Part shown: piece after piece, positions 24,141-37,697 of the stretch
Layout of the letters: every line of letters begins with the position of its first letter
How positions within the stretch are numbered: the stretch's first letter is position 1
NCBI RefSeq assembly: GCF_006345805.1
Contig: NC_043002.1
Coordinates: 19,964,001 to 20,028,000 of the forward strand
DNA: 64,000 nt
Direction of reading: 5' to 3'
DNA from: Octopus sinensis
Taxonomy: Eukaryota
The notes under the pieces: generated by a model
What the model was told of the DNA's origin: nothing
The model's input: the letters and a program-made list of their open reading frames with translations, nothing else
The model's database searches: none
Translations under genes and position numbers: made by a program

Positions 24141-25402
24141 AAATTCCATGCTTTCTGAACTTTTCCAACACTATTCCTGCCATACTTGTGCACCCTTTCA
24201 TTTTTGTGACTCTTTCACTGTTCTCTTTTCTTTCTTGTGTCTTACACTGTGTTCAATGCATGCACTTTTGACTAACACTTCTCTTTTCTTACTGAATTTA
24301 TTGCTACTCTCTCTTTCCTCTTTTACCCTTTTCTGGCAAGTCGCACTGCACCTGAGCACTACATACAAAAACCTCTTTATTATTATTTTTTAACATGTAA
24401 AATCTATATTTATTTTAGAAAAAGTAACTTAGGTGATATGAAACATGCAAATGGGAATTGAAATCAAGCTGCAGTCACTATACCATAACATTCAAGATAA
24501 AATTGGCAACAATACAACAGAAATGGATATTTTATTGACATAAGTGTCACACATAAAGTTTAGTGATCTCAAATGATTCCCAGAGTAGAGGAATTTTTGT
24601 TCTGTTTCCTAAATATTTAAAATTCTTGGTCTTCACTTATGGGATTATTTTTTCATTGACTTAAAAATAAAAACTTTGTTGTTATTGTTGTCATCATAGC
24701 AAATCACACTATCATCTTAAAAATAAGAAGAGGAAGACATCATCTTAGACATACACTTCAAAGCAGAAACAGAAAAAAAAAAAAAAACTGTGGTCATGGC
24801 TGGATTGCTTTCGTCTCATAGCTCTGATTGGGACTGACTTGGAGCAAAACAACTAGCAGCCATGTTGTTGCAAAGGTGGTTGTAAAAGGGTTCATATCAA
24901 TTTGTAAGTAGGCTTCTGTGGAATAGACATCAACCTTGTTAACCTGGTGAAGGTAACGGAGACTTGGTGAACAAGTCAACCAATATCTAATGGAAACTGT
25001 AAGATATATTGATTTACTCTGTGATAGCAATTCCATTACACACTTTTTCTTTTATCTTTATATTTTGAGTAGCACTGTTTGTAGAAAAGATGTTTAAACT
25101 CTCTCTCTGTCTCTTTCTGTCTGTCTGTGTGTCTCTCTCTCTCTCTATTTCTGCCTGTCTCTTTCATTTCTCACCTCTTTTATTCACATTCTGTCTCTTC
25201 TCTTCCCCCCCTGATGCATTCTCTCTCTCTCTTCCTCCCTCTCTCCCTCTCTCTCTCTACCAACCAATATACTTTCTATCTGATTTTATGAATAGTTTGC
25301 TTCAGGGATTTTCTTTGTTTCTTTATTTTATTTGTGGTGGTGGTGGGGGATGTAATCTTCAGACTTATTTCATAAATGTGATAATGTTTCGTTATGATAC
25401 AG

Positions 25403-25501
25403 GTGAAAGACAATGTGGAGAAAGTGTTCTGTAATTTCATCAGTGAAGGTAAAACTACCATTAGGTTTAAAGAGCCTCAAGTGGATTTACATATTAGCAA
25501 G
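25403..25501 (+). CDS. LRR1: LRR1 coding exon 2
   Basis: VKDNVEKVFCNFISEGKTTIRFKEPQVDLHISK matches LRR1 LRENIEQFFTKFVDEGKATVRLKEPPVDICLSK. CAG acceptor and GTGAGT donor; phase 0-0; absent from the ORF track. Confidence 0.92.
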
Positions 25502-25713
25502 GTGAGTGTTTGTTGCATATTGGTGCTCTGTTCAAGGCTATGAGATGTTCAGCTCAGCCATTTTGGCACCACTTATTTGGCATCACTGATTTGACACTGA
25601 CTTCTTTGACATCAGATGCTTTCATATTTCTCACAGTCTCTCTCTCTCTCTATCTTCCACACTCTCTCTCTCTTCCACTCTCTCTGCTCTCTCTCTCTCT
25701 ATATATGTATGTA

Positions 25714-25742
<29 letters not shown>

Positions 25743-25744
<2 letters not shown>

Positions 25745-25945
25745 CATCATCATCATCGTTTAACGTCAGCTTTCATTGCTAGCATGGGTTATACGGTTCA
25801 ACTGGGGTCTGGGAAGCCAGGAGGCTGCACCAGGCCCAGTCTAATCTGGCAGTGTTTCTACAGCTGGATGCCCTTCCTAATGCCAACCACTCCGTGAGTG
25901 TAGTGGGTACTTTTTACATGCCAGACGAGGCTGGCAATGGCCATG
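25743..25945 (-). mobile_element. RTE LINE 3' tail fragment
   Basis: (CAT)n-CGTTTAACGTC... reverse complement of the LINE tail. Confidence 0.85.
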
Positions 25946-26346
25946 AGATAGATAGATAGATATATGTGTAATCATATTTGTCTTTATGTGTATGAGGAAA
26001 AAGAAAGTGTTTGTGTCAATCATGTTCAATTACTAATGTTTCTTTGTCTCCTCCCCTCTCTCTCTCTGCATGCATGACCATCTGGTTATGTTTGCATCTG
26101 TAATCCTTCTCCTTATTTGTATGCATATATTTCCACATGAATATGCATGCAAGCATTTGCCTCCAACACCAAAACGTACTGTTGTCAAAGCAAGCTGAAA
26201 CATCCAGTCAGCCATGCCAAACCATCAGCGTCTCTACAGCTGTGCCGAATTGTCTCCTATCTAATCAGGTAGCAAGGTGAGTAATACCGAAACATAGACA
26301 TGAGTCACAGTTGCATATTGGTATTCTTTGTTCAGATATTCTAGTG

Positions 26347-26570
26347 CAGTAATCCCTCACCATATTGCGGTTCACCTATTGCAGTTTATTATTTAAACTT
26401 ACATCGATTCCTCTCTGGTGTGGTTTTGCATTTATAATAAAATAAATATATACAAATTATAAAAATAATTGAAAAATATATACAGTACAATACTGTTTTT
26501 ACTTCATGGATTTTCACCTATCACAGGGGGGTTTTGGAATGTAAAACTCACGATAGTCGAGGGATTACTA
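26347..26570. mobile_element. Tc1/mariner (Tigger/pogo-like) MITE
   Basis: TIR CAGTAATCCCTC / GAGGGATTACT; TA on the right, TG on the left. Confidence 0.7.
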
Positions 26571-27994
26571 TATAACACTAATTCAGGAAGGTGCTGTTTA
26601 TCGTTGCAGTTAATGCAGAAATCCATTTATGTGGTTTCTATTTTGTAACCATATTCTCATTATAAAATGCTGATGCTTAATGGACAAAACTAATAGAAGA
26701 CTCAACCATACAGCAGTGAACTGCTTTCAGACCAGAGGCATTGATTGTTGCATAATTTTTAGGGTTCAGTTTTTGAAGGCTTGAATACTCACCTCAGCAT
26801 TCATTGAATCTTCCCTCCCCAACCATCCCAGCTTCTTTTTGTTGTTCTCATCTCCATTCTAGTGCAAGTTTTCATAGACATACACCCCTGTACATGACCT
26901 TGCCCTTACGGTTAATTTTTATATAGTTTTAATTCTCCTATCATTATGCACCTGGTACTATCCTGCCTACCCTTATAGTTTACCCCCTGTTTATACATCC
27001 ATTGATTATACTGCTACCTCGTCAATGTCTTCTAATTCAATATATGCTTCCACAAATTTTGATCTCACTTCCATCCCCTTTGAGGCTAAACTCTATTGCC
27101 AGAACATTGACCAACTTTTAATCATTATCTGCCTGAATTTCTCTGCATATCTACCTGTCTCCCCCCCCCCCCATTACACCACACCCTTATAGTCCTCTTC
27201 CCTCACTCTCCACAACCAGCCCCAGCAACTCTACCGGGTTCTATTCATAGCTTTTCTTAATTAGCATCCTTATGCACGTAACTTGACTTGCCATTCATTC
27301 TTTAACAAATTCTTCACTCCTCATGGTAGTTGGATCCATCAATTTTCCATGACTGGATTATACAGACTCTCATCAATTTCCTCAGATTCCAAAATTTTCC
27401 AGAGGTACAAGCATTATGCACAGTACACATTCACTCCTTTTCTTCAAATAGCATTTATACTTTATTTTTAACCTAAACAAAAAAAAGAAACCTGAACCTT
27501 CTAGTTCACCTAAAATGACCATGTCTACTTCATGAATGATAGTAGATTGTTAGTGGAAACACAAATGTTTACAAGGCATTGGACCAAAGTATTCTGTCAT
27601 CTGGTTTACAAACGACTAGTTGATGATTAGTTACACTGACTGAAATGGAATGTTTACTATCAATATGAATTAAAGATTGTAACCAGAAATGCATAAACGT
27701 ATGTTAAAATGCATTTAAGCAACAGTATTGAGCCTGTTTGGAAAAGTATACAGACAGTGGAAATAAATTGGACACTCCATTGAGTGGAGTGGGTCTTGTT
27801 TTGCAGTTACTAGGTAACCTCACTAGTGCTGGTCCTATGAAAAAAAGCACTCAGTACATTCTCTAAACTCTTTATCATTAAGGAGGTACCCAGCTGTAGA
27901 AATCATGCCAAAGCAGACACTGAAACTCTGTGCAGTCCTCTGGTTCACCAGCTCTTGTCAAACCATCCAACTAATGCCAGTAGGAAAAATGGAT

Positions 27995-28935
27995 GTTAAA
28001 TGGTTATGACGACTCACTTTTACTGTAAGCACTGGCTGGTTTGATAATTTCAAAAAATATATTCAAGTCTTCGTAATGTTGGTGTAGCCAGTGAAAGTGC
28101 AAATGCTGATCAATTAAGCGATGCTCATCAACAGCTCTAGAAGACGATTTATGTGAGAATGTCAAAATCATATTTTTTGCCACCCAATACAATGACACTG
28201 GTACAGCCCATGAACAAAGTTCTGATTTCTTCATTTAAGCTTTATTTTATTTAGGGTAGTGGATTATTAGTAGAATTAGTAGAGCTTTGAGGAAAATACC
28301 TTGCAGCATTCATTCTACCTCTTTGAGTTAAAATACCACCAAAGCCAACTTAGATTTTTTCATTCCCCCAGGATTGCTGAAATAAAGTACCAGTCAAATA
28401 CTGTGGTCAGTATAATTGATTCTCCTCTTCCCACCAAATTTCAAGGCTTGTGCCTATGTTAGAAACACTTATTTATGAAAGCATTTATCCATGACAATAA
28501 CTGGATTTTGGAGAAGTTTTTATATAAAATAATCACTAACAAACATTGTCCATGCATGGGATGAAGTTACTACAAAGAACATGGGATTTGTGTGCATAAG
28601 AAATTAATCCACATTTTATTAATGATTGTGCAGGCTTTGAGATTGAATTCGTTCAATAAATTATAGAATTTGGATTACAGCTTGGATTTGAAGAGATTAA
28701 CAAGGAATCTATTAGGGAATTGCTGCCATCTCATGATGATGAAGATTTTGTTGAGATAGAGCAACAATATGCTTTTCAATAACCAGATACTGAAGGGGAA
28801 TCTACACCAACAAAGGAGTTCATGATAAAAAATATTTTTTCATGATTGTGAAAATGTAAAACAGATTAACAGATTGATCCCCTGATAATCATCATGCAAT
28901 AAAAATTTATCAAGATATAAACAACTATATACACT
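27995..28935 (+). pseudogene. Tigger/pogo transposase relic
   Basis: Fragments FTVSTGWFDNFKK, SESANADQ, NVKIIF.LPPNTMTLVQPMNK and GFEEINKESIRELLPSH; frameshifted. Confidence 0.6.
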
Positions 28936-28944
28936 ATAAACAAA

Positions 28945-29790
28945 TCTGCATCATCATTTAACGTCTGTTTTCCATGCTGATATGAGTTGGACGGCTTTAC
29001 AGGAACTGGCAAGGCCAGGGGTCCACATTAGGTTCCATAGTTTATTTTGGCTTGGTTTCTATGGCTTGATACCTTTCCTAATGCCAACCACTTTACAGAG
29101 TGTACTGGGTGCTTTTTATGCAGCACTATCACCAGCACCAGTGCTTTTTATGTCGCATCAGCACCCACACCAATGTTGTTTGTGTGACTCCTTGGTTTTA
29201 GGATCTCATTTCTTTTGTGGGTGGGTCTTCTCTAGTACAGCAGTGCACCACATATCTCAGTCGTCTGTCATCTTCATAAGGCTCAGTGTTTTGAGATCAG
29301 CCTTCAGTACTTTATCTCATGTTTTCCTTGGTTTCCCTCTTCTACAACTTCCCTCCACTTTAAGTGATCGACACTTCTTTGTGCAGCTGTCTTCGTCTAT
29401 CTGCATCACGTAACCAAACCAGCAGTCTCCTCTCTTGCACACTGCATATAATTCCTCTGATACTCAATTTCTCTCTCAATACACCGGTGCTCTATCATGC
29501 ATGCACACTGACATCACACATCCAGTGGAACATAGCAATTTTGTTCCTCTCCAGCCCTCAAATTTTCTCCAAATTCAGGGCCAACGTCTCACTACCATGC
29601 AGCATCATACAATCTTCCCTTCACTTGGAGAGAGAGGGAGAGATCTTTGGTTGCCAAGAGAAATAAAAGCTCTCTGAACTTTCTTTGTTCTATCCTTATT
29701 CTAGCAATTACACTTTCTGTACAACCTTAACCACTGCTAATTAGGTCACCTAGGTAGCAAAAATTCATCTACAACTTCCAGAGAGCCACC
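28945..29790 (-). mobile_element. 5'-truncated RTE LINE, degenerate
   Basis: The - strand carries YLGDLISSG, MLHGSE and the GRPRKT-like region, followed by the RTE tail. Confidence 0.8.
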
Positions 29791-29839
29791 GGGACATTTG
29801 ATGACACCAGTTTCCCATGTATTTGTGGTCTAAATTTGT

Positions 29840-30097
29840 TGTCTCAGTTTCCAGGACCTGAATGTTCATACAGATCAATTGACTCTGTCCCTGATCAAGA
29901 ACAGGCAACGTATTACCCAGTGGAGTTCCTCAATTCACTTCACCCACCAGGATTTTCACCACATTCTGATCATGAAAACAGGTGCTCCCACAATGCTATT
30001 GAGAAACCTTGATGCACCCAGACTCTGCAATGGGATAAGGTTGGTTGTTAAAACAGCCATGTCCCATGTGTTGGAAGCAACAGTAATTACAGGCATT
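29840..30097 (+). pseudogene. Helitron PIF1-like helicase fragment
   Basis: SIDSVPDQEQATYYPVEFLNSLHPPG / MKTGAPTMLLRNLDAPRLCNGIRLVV...LEATVITG, with a frameshift between the two parts. Confidence 0.8.
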
Positions 30098-30824
30098 TTA
30101 AATAAATGCTGCTATGTCACAATATTTTACAGGCATTGACCAATCTTACATGATATAGTTGTATTTTAGTGCGGTCTTGCATATCACAGCATTCTGTTTG
30201 CATCAGTTATCCCTGATGAACTGGGCCAGTACCTGAGTCATTCTCTTTCTACTCCACCCTCTTCCTTCTCTTATTCTTTCTTTCTCTCTATCTTTCATGT
30301 GTTGATTACCTTTCCTCTTGATAAATGAAGCTGAAGATTTTTGTTTCCTTTTATGTTTGTACTTTTTTAAAACCAACTTTGTCTTTCACCTTATCTCGGG
30401 CGATTAAATGTCAGGTGAGAATTATGAAATCACACCGATAATATTAATATTTCTGTTGTCTTCTTCCTTAACTTAGAAAAGGTTAAGATGAAATTAAGTC
30501 TTCTGTACTTTATACATCATCGTCATATTACTTTTCCTATGCTGGTATGGAACGGAGAAGATTTTTGAGGTAACATTTTATTAATGACTGGATGCCATTT
30601 TTAATTGTCACCCCTTTTAACTGATTCCCACTATTACCTAGGTGTCCTAATTAGCAATGGAGGAAGGTGTTAGCTAGAGTAAGTATAGAGTGCAGAAATT
30701 CAGGAATCTATTGCCTCCACTGGCTTGGTATTGTATGGAATGCAAATTATTATGTGAGAAAGCTGGAGAGAAATGTGGCAAGCAATGTTCTGCTAGATAT
30801 AAAATGCCTGAGTGAATGAATGCT

Positions 30825-31115
30825 AGAGGACAAATGAGCTGAGAGTTAAACGGGATATAAAAGGAATGAAGATGTAGTAAGCATGGCATGAGAAAAGACC
30901 ATGTTGGTTGGCTATGTGATGTGTATGGAGGAAGACAGTTGGGTTAAGAGATGGAAGAAACCTGCTGGAGAGGAAGACATGGGACAAAGTGGTGAAAGCT
31001 AATCTCAGGAAATAAACTCCATGAAAGAGATGACGAAAGACAATTTGAGTGGACAAGATATTGTACTGGATATGACCATCGAATTCATTGCAAACATGTA
31101 TGATGATGATGATGA
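30825..31115 (+). mobile_element. Old RTE relic (C-terminus + GAT tail)
   Basis: LRVKRDIK / WLCDVYGG / KTWDKVVK-like fragments, ending in (GAT)n. Confidence 0.55.
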
Positions 31116-31279
31116 TGTGTGTGTGTAAGAAATATAACAAATTTAGTTTCTCTCCCTCTCTTTCGCTGTCATTTTGTCTCTTATGCACACACACACATTG
31201 GTCATATTTCTCAGAAAGTTGAGACTTGAAAGAAGAAATCTCTATTCTATTTAAAAGAAAAACAACTAATAGTTACAAT

Positions 31280-31437
31280 AGGCATAGGAATGGCTGTGTG
31301 GTAAGTAGCTTGCTTACGAACCACATGATTCCAGGTTCAGTCTCACTGTGTGGCACAAGTCCTGGGGTTGATTTGCTTGACTAAAGGCGGTGCTCCAGCA
31401 TGGCCACAGTCAAATGACTGAAACACGTAAAGAGTAA
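31280..31437 (+). mobile_element. SINE family A, internally deleted
   Basis: Head joined directly to GTCCTGGGGTTGATTTGC and the tail. Confidence 0.8.
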
Positions 31438-31854
31438 ATAGAAACAATGATAATTGATGATGATGATATCTTTATTAATGATAGTGGTGGTGGTTACTGC
31501 CACAACAATGACAATGATGTCTTCTATTGGCACAAGGTCAAGAATATTTTTTTACTGAGTATGGGGCACTAACAATTAAATCAGATCTAGTACTTGACTG
31601 GTAGTTGTTTTAGGGACTCCCATTGCCTTCCACAAGAGGTTGAAAGACAAAATTACTCCTTGTTCCTCCTCTTGTTGGTAAGATAAAGAGTGAATCAAAG
31701 CATAGGTGATAGGTAATAAGAATATGAAAAGCTGAAATGAAGGTGTATACTTTGTCTATCTAACCTTAACATCTCCTTGGCTATCATTGTTTGACCACAG
31801 GTTGCCCTTCACTGAGAAGATCTATGATCAGTCATGACCATTCTAGTATATATA

Positions 31855-32511
31855 TACATGGTCTGATCAATAAGTATCCAGACTGTTACCATAGTAACTA
31901 AGCTAAATCATGCAGAGTGAAGCTGTTTGGCACAGATTGATCTTGAACTCTGCTGTGCATGCACACTAAGTTTCAACATTCTAGCTCACTTCTGTTTACA
32001 GCAGTGCTTGGAAGGAAGGTGTGTTGTGTATGATCGTCATATTGACTATGACAGAGAAAGTTGAGCAGAAAATCTGCATCAAATTTTGCCAAAAGCTTGG
32101 CAATACCTGCTCAGGGGCCTACACAAAGTTTTCAAAAAGTTTTCATTGTTCTCAACACAATCAAGGAGATCTTGTGCAACTGAAGCCCGAGTGTCTTTTT
32201 GGTCAGCTGAAAGCAGTTTTGGCACAAACTTGGCAGACATGCATCTCATACCCAAATCTTCAGTGATAATGGGCTGGACTGAACTGTAACTAATCTGCAC
32301 ATCCTCTAATAACTCATGGATGGTGATTCGACGATTTACCCTCACAGCTGCATGCACATCTGTGATGGTTTTTGCAGTTCTGCTGGTTGTGGGCCTCCCA
32401 GAACGTTTGTTGATATCACCATTTCTTTGACCATCTTCGAAACATATGAACCACTCATACACTCATCTCCATACACTTTCTGCAACTTTGAGGCCTATGA
32501 GCAGGTATCAC
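31855..32511. mobile_element. Mariner relic 1 (left TIR, N-terminus on +, inverted HTH segment on -)
   Basis: TA-CATGGTCTGATCAATAAGTATCC TIR-like end; MTEKVEQKICIKFC on +; YEWF...RSGRP...SAKFVPKLL on - (ORF 32079-32462). Confidence 0.75.
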
Positions 32512-32536
32512 CATGACAACTTTCATACACATATGT

Positions 32537-33730
32537 TTTGGGTCATCCTGTAAATAATGTAGTTTTTTTAATACTTCTTTTATTTTTCAAAATTAAGATA
32601 AACAAAATGTTTTTAAAATCTAAAATGTACTCTCCATCTTTATCTACAATGCTCTTCCATCTATCTTGTAGACTTGCAAGGCCTCTCTTCCGAAATTCAC
32701 TTGTCCGTTATGAAAAATACTCCTCCAGTACTGTTCTGACCTCATCTTCAGAATTCTTATTTTTTCCGTCCAAATGATTTTGATGACTGCAGAATAAATG
32801 ATAATCTGATGGGGCAATGTCCAGTGAATATGGTGGGTGGGGCATCATTTCCCATTCAAACTGTTCCAGCCTTTGGAATGTCATCCTCACCATATGTGGC
32901 CGAGCATTATCCTGATGGAAGAAACTATGGTCGACTTAAGCAGCTTGCCGTAGATCTCCTTTATCATTTGGTTTGGGTTTAAAAGTTCAAAGTGGACTAA
33001 ACATTTCATATCTCATGAAACAGATAACACCTTAGATGGACGAAGACCTTCTTTAGCCTGGGGTGCTGGTATTTCTCCTTTCCCTACCCACTGTTTTCGG
33101 CGTGTGACATTTTTATAGAGAACCCATTTCTCAAACATTCGCTATTAGGTACAAAAACGATCCATTTGTTAAATGTGACAGCAAAGAAGAGCACACATTC
33201 ACTCTTTGCGCGTAATTAGACTCAGAAAGTTTGTGAGGAAGCCAATTTGACCCAATTTGCTGACTTTTCTGATAGCACGCAGGTGTTGATGAATGGCTGA
33301 ATGACCAAATTCAAGCTTCTCTGCTAGTTCTTCAACAGTTACAATGGGATTTTGTTCCACCAGGGTTTGCAGGACGTCCTTGTCAAACTCTACAGATCTC
33401 CTAGGCTATAGTTCCTGTTTCAGAATTTCTGGAACCACTATTGACACTGGATTACGCTTATTGTCTGATCCTCATATACTGCATTAATATTCCTCGCACT
33501 TTCCGTTGCGTTGTTGCCTTTATTGAACTCATAAAGCAAAATATGCAGAAATATGCTCCTATGTCACCTTCGTTATAGCTTTGAAAAAATAACTGTTAAA
33601 ATCGAACTGCACTCTTTGAAACTTGCACTGCTTTTATAGCAAGTTGATGCAGGTATTTCATCGCATCCCCTTCTGACTTAGTTCATGCAATTGAAGAAAA
33701 ACCACATTATTTATGAGATGATGACCTAAT
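32537..33730 (-). mobile_element. Mariner relic 2 (about 1.2 kb, both TIRs, dead transposase)
   Basis: TIRs GGTCATC..(C/G)TAAATAATG at both ends; ILLYEFNKGNNATESARNINAVY near 33540-33470; HPPYSLDIAPSDYHLF in ORF 32708-32893. Confidence 0.85.
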
Positions 33731-33769
33731 ATATATATGTATACACATATAAATGCTCATACGTATGTG

Positions 33770-33811
<42 letters not shown>

Positions 33812-33833
33812 ATATAGTATATATATATATTTA

Positions 33834-33881
<48 letters not shown>

Positions 33882-33887
33882 TATCTT

Positions 33888-33936
<49 letters not shown>

Positions 33937-33972
33937 TTATGTGTATATATATAGTTATATCTTTATATATAT
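33729..33972. repeat. Compound (TA)n/(TG)n microsatellite
   Basis: Directly visible. Confidence 0.95.
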
Positions 33973-35003
33973 AAATTAGGAACTACATTGTCCAATGTAT
34001 CTTTGTACTTTAGATAGTAGGCTGCTATTTCTAGCAAGTCAAGTGACCACACAGAGGTAGTGGGGGTCTCTTTTGTGGTTAATGATGAAACCTCCTTCCC
34101 CATCTCCTCAAATATCAATGGAATGATTTTCAAGTGGTCCGACAGTAGAGGTGGGGTAAGACAGATTCAGCGTAAATCAATACTGCTAATTCAGTATTGA
34201 TTAACTTAATTATAGTTACAGCCAAGAATTCGAAAAACAATAAAGAAAATTTTGAAAATTGAATGGCATTTGTAATTATTGTAAAATTAGGATTATCATA
34301 AATTAATATTTTTCACAATTTCCCCATCTATACATAGGTTGATACTCTGTGTGTGTGTGTATGACTCTGGTCAAACTTGACCAAAAATATGCCAACCATG
34401 ACCATCCTATCTTTTTGTATATTTACAACATATTTCAATGTCTTTTTTAAAAAGATGACACAGTTTGATTTGAATGGGATTTGGCTGCACTTTCAAGTAT
34501 ATTGTGTGACCATGTCAAATGCAATACTTGTTTGAGCCCTTTGTTCTGAGTTCAAATCTTGTTGAGACTAACTTTACTTTTTATCCTTTCAAGGTTCTTA
34601 AAATAAAGTGTCAATGAAATACTGGGGTTAATACAATCAATGAACTCCCTCCCCTCAAAATTGCTGGCCTTGTGCCAAAATCAGAAGTTTTTATTTTAAG
34701 GGCTATGGAGTGACAAAATTGGTAGAATATCAAAGAAAATGCTTAGGTTGCATTTTGAGCTCAAATCCAAGGTCAGATTTGCTATTCATCCTTCCAACTA
34801 TCAAGTATTCATGGTGGGATGATTTGATAAACTACCCCACCTCCAAAATTAGGACTTCATCTCTGTTATCTCTCTCTCTCTCTCTAATCATGTGTATGCA
34901 AGTAGTTTTCTTCTTTTTAATTGTGCAAATTTAATGAAGTAACTTTAAAGCTTTGCTCTTTCATCAAAGATGCTGGCAAACCATGACCACAGATATTGCA
35001 GAA

Positions 35004-35289
35004 TGTGGCATGTAAAAAGCATCATGATGCCAGTACCGCCTTGGCTGGCTTCTGTGCCGGTGGCACGTAAAAGGCACCAACTGATTGTGGCTGTTGCCAC
35101 CCTCCTCTGGCCCCTGTGCCAGTGACACATAAAAAGCACCCACTACACTCATGGAATGGTTGGCGTTAAGAAGGGCATCCAGCTGTAGAAACACTGCCAG
35201 ATCAGACTGGAGCCTCCTGGCTTCCCAAACCCTGGTCGAACTGTCTAACCCATGCTAGCATGGAAAACGGACGTTAAATGATGATGATG
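35004..35289 (+). mobile_element. RTE LINE 3' fragment
   Basis: Three hairpin modules plus the tail. Confidence 0.85.
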
Positions 35290-35829
35290 TTGTCAGTAGA
35301 TCCTGCTCCAGTTTTCTCTTAGGTTGTTTAATAGCAGAAACAATAGAAAGCTCATGTAACTTTATCGGAGTTCAAATCCCTCTTGAGTTGACTTTGCCTT
35401 GTATCCCTTTCAGTATTGATTTAAACAAGTATCAGTTGTGTATTGTAATCTATTTATTGACTGTAAATGATGTGGACTTAAGAAATTTTCATGAACAATG
35501 ATTACTCACTAGCAGACTGTGTTGTTGTTTAAAACCTTATAAATCCAGTATATATCTGTGTGTACATATTCAATAAATGGTTGCATCATTGATTGAAGAA
35601 GTAAACCTCTATGTAGTTGCTTGGCCTACAGGAAATAGTAATCAAATTTCCTTCCAGTCACATCCTAGTGTCTTAAGGAAAGACAACTTGATTAGTTTTT
35701 GGAAGTCGAAATTCATTTTATTTGTAGGTCTATTTCATCATGTGAAATCAGGGGCCAGACAACAACTACCACCACCACCTATCAGTTTCAAGGTGTTGTC
35801 CAGTTCATGACGAAGAGAAAGTATTTGTC

Positions 35830-36102
35830 TAAATGGCTCCTGTACCGGTGGCACGTAAAAAGCACCATTCGAGCATGATCGTTGCCTGTGTCGCCTAATT
35901 GGCTCCTGTGCCGGTGGCACGGAAAAATCACCATTCAAGCATGGTCGTTACCAGTGCTGTCTGACTGGCTCTCAGAGTGGTTGGCATTAGGAAGGGCATC
36001 TAGATCAGATTGGAGCCTGGTGCAGCTTTCTGGCATGGCAGCCCTCAGTCAAACCATCCAACCCATGCCAGCATGGAAAGCAGATGTTAAACCATGATGT
36101 TG
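35830..36102 (+). mobile_element. RTE LINE 3' fragment with internal deletions
   Basis: Two modules, the AGGAAGGGCATC box and the tail; ends about 90 bp upstream of LRR1 exon 3. Confidence 0.8.
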
Positions 36103-36189
36103 ATGAATCTCTTTTGTTGCTTTTATATTCTTTCTTTGCTGTCAGAAGTGTTCACCTTATAAATCTTTATTCATTTGTTTCTATTTTAG

Positions 36190-36914
36190 GCAGATTCCAT
36201 TCAGTTGAAAAGTTTTCTCACAGTATTAAAAGCCAGCTTAAAGGGAGAATGCCCCCAACAAAAATCAAACTTATCTACTTTATCTGCAATTACACCAAAG
36301 CAGATTGAAAACAGCAAGAAGAAACTGACCATTTTGAAACGACAAGATTACCCCATCTTGAAGGGTTTTCCATTTTCCCTTGTCAGCTTGAAAATAATTG
36401 GTTGCCACATCAAGAAATTAGACTCCAGGATACCTTCATTGAAATACCTGCAACATCTGGACTTAGCCGATAATGTCTTGCAGGAGCTCCCCGAGGCTTT
36501 CAGTCGCATTCTTCTTACTGACTTGATCCTGAAGGGAAATCAGTTTTCCAACTTCCCCCAAATTCTACTCGAACCACCCCTGTGTGATAACTTAACTGTC
36601 TTAGATCTCAGCAGTAACCAGCTTCAAAGACTTCCCTCTCATATTGACAATCTGAGGAAATTACAAATTCTCAAAGTGTCCCGCAATCAACTGAAACAAC
36701 TCCCCATCAATATTGGTAACCTCTCTTCTCTGAAGAACTTAGACATCTCTAACAACCAGTTGCCATTATTGCCTGCCAATTTCATCAAATTATGTCTTCA
36801 TGAACTTGACTTGTCACACAATAGTTTTTCTACAACTCCGCATCGTATTCTTCGACAGTGTTTAGAACTTCCTTCATTGCAGTCCATTTGTGTCAAATTC
36901 ATAATAAATAACAA
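36190..36914 (+). CDS. LRR1: LRR1 coding exon 3 (LRR array)
   Basis: ADSIQLKSFL...DYPILKGFPFSL followed by repeated LxxLDLxxNxL motifs. TAG acceptor ends at 36189 and donor GTAAGT starts at 36915; phase 0-2. Confidence 0.95.
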
Positions 36915-37603
36915 GTAAGTCCATTTTATTGCTTTTCCAATCTTGCATGAATTGGTTTAATTTGTTGGAGCAATTATTTTTTTTCAGATGGGCACCTTCT
37001 TTCCATCTTCATAAAGTCAGTGCACAATATATTTTGTTGGCCAAGCAAATTGGATTTGTTGTTGAGCCTCAGGTTAACCCTAGCCAAGAATAATTATGTT
37101 TAAAGGCATTCTAGTCATGACTATTTCATCAGGTCTTTTTTTTTTTAAGACAGTAGGGTGCAGTTTGAGGCAGAGTTGGATGCTATTTCTTGAAGGGTGG
37201 CTCACAGACTGGAGAGTAAGGAGTTAGAAACCTTGCTGGAGAGTACAATATAAGGACTGTAGTAACCTTTCGCAAACCTTTAGCAAACTACTTCAGCATC
37301 CTGAAACAGAGTTGGGGTGGGGCAGGAAACTTCCACTGCCATAACTAAAATGAAACATGTTATCTGTTATATCTGCATTTTTCATTCCATTTGCCTTAAA
37401 AAATGCTGAGCTATAGAACAATTTTGTTGGCAGGTTATGTCAGTTATTGTCACTGTTTACTGTTTTTTTCTTTAGTTCAATGCTTTTCCTGAGAAGTTTA
37501 GAATGTAAACATTGACACACATGAGCACACAGGCTGCAATATAGTTTCCTTCTGCCAATTTCATTCAAAAAACTTTGGTTGATCTGATACCACTTCATCA
37601 AAG

Positions 37604-37697
37604 AGACTCCAGGATACCTTCAATGAAATACCTGCAACATCTGGACTTAACAAATATTGTCTTGCAAGAGCTCTCCGAGGCTTTCAGTCACATTCTT
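37604..37697 (+). pseudogene. Intronic duplicate of part of LRR1 exon 3
   Basis: Aligns without gaps to 36420-36513, with 8 substitutions in 93 nt. Confidence 0.9.

Noticed and set aside
30200-30245. Hammerhead ribozyme suggested by CTGATGA
   Set aside because: No GAAA core segment or closing stems in the required positions.
36205-36918. Stand-alone single-exon LRR gene
   Set aside because: It starts at a TTG inside a spliced exon; flanking splice sites and three other exons give a frame-consistent LRR1.
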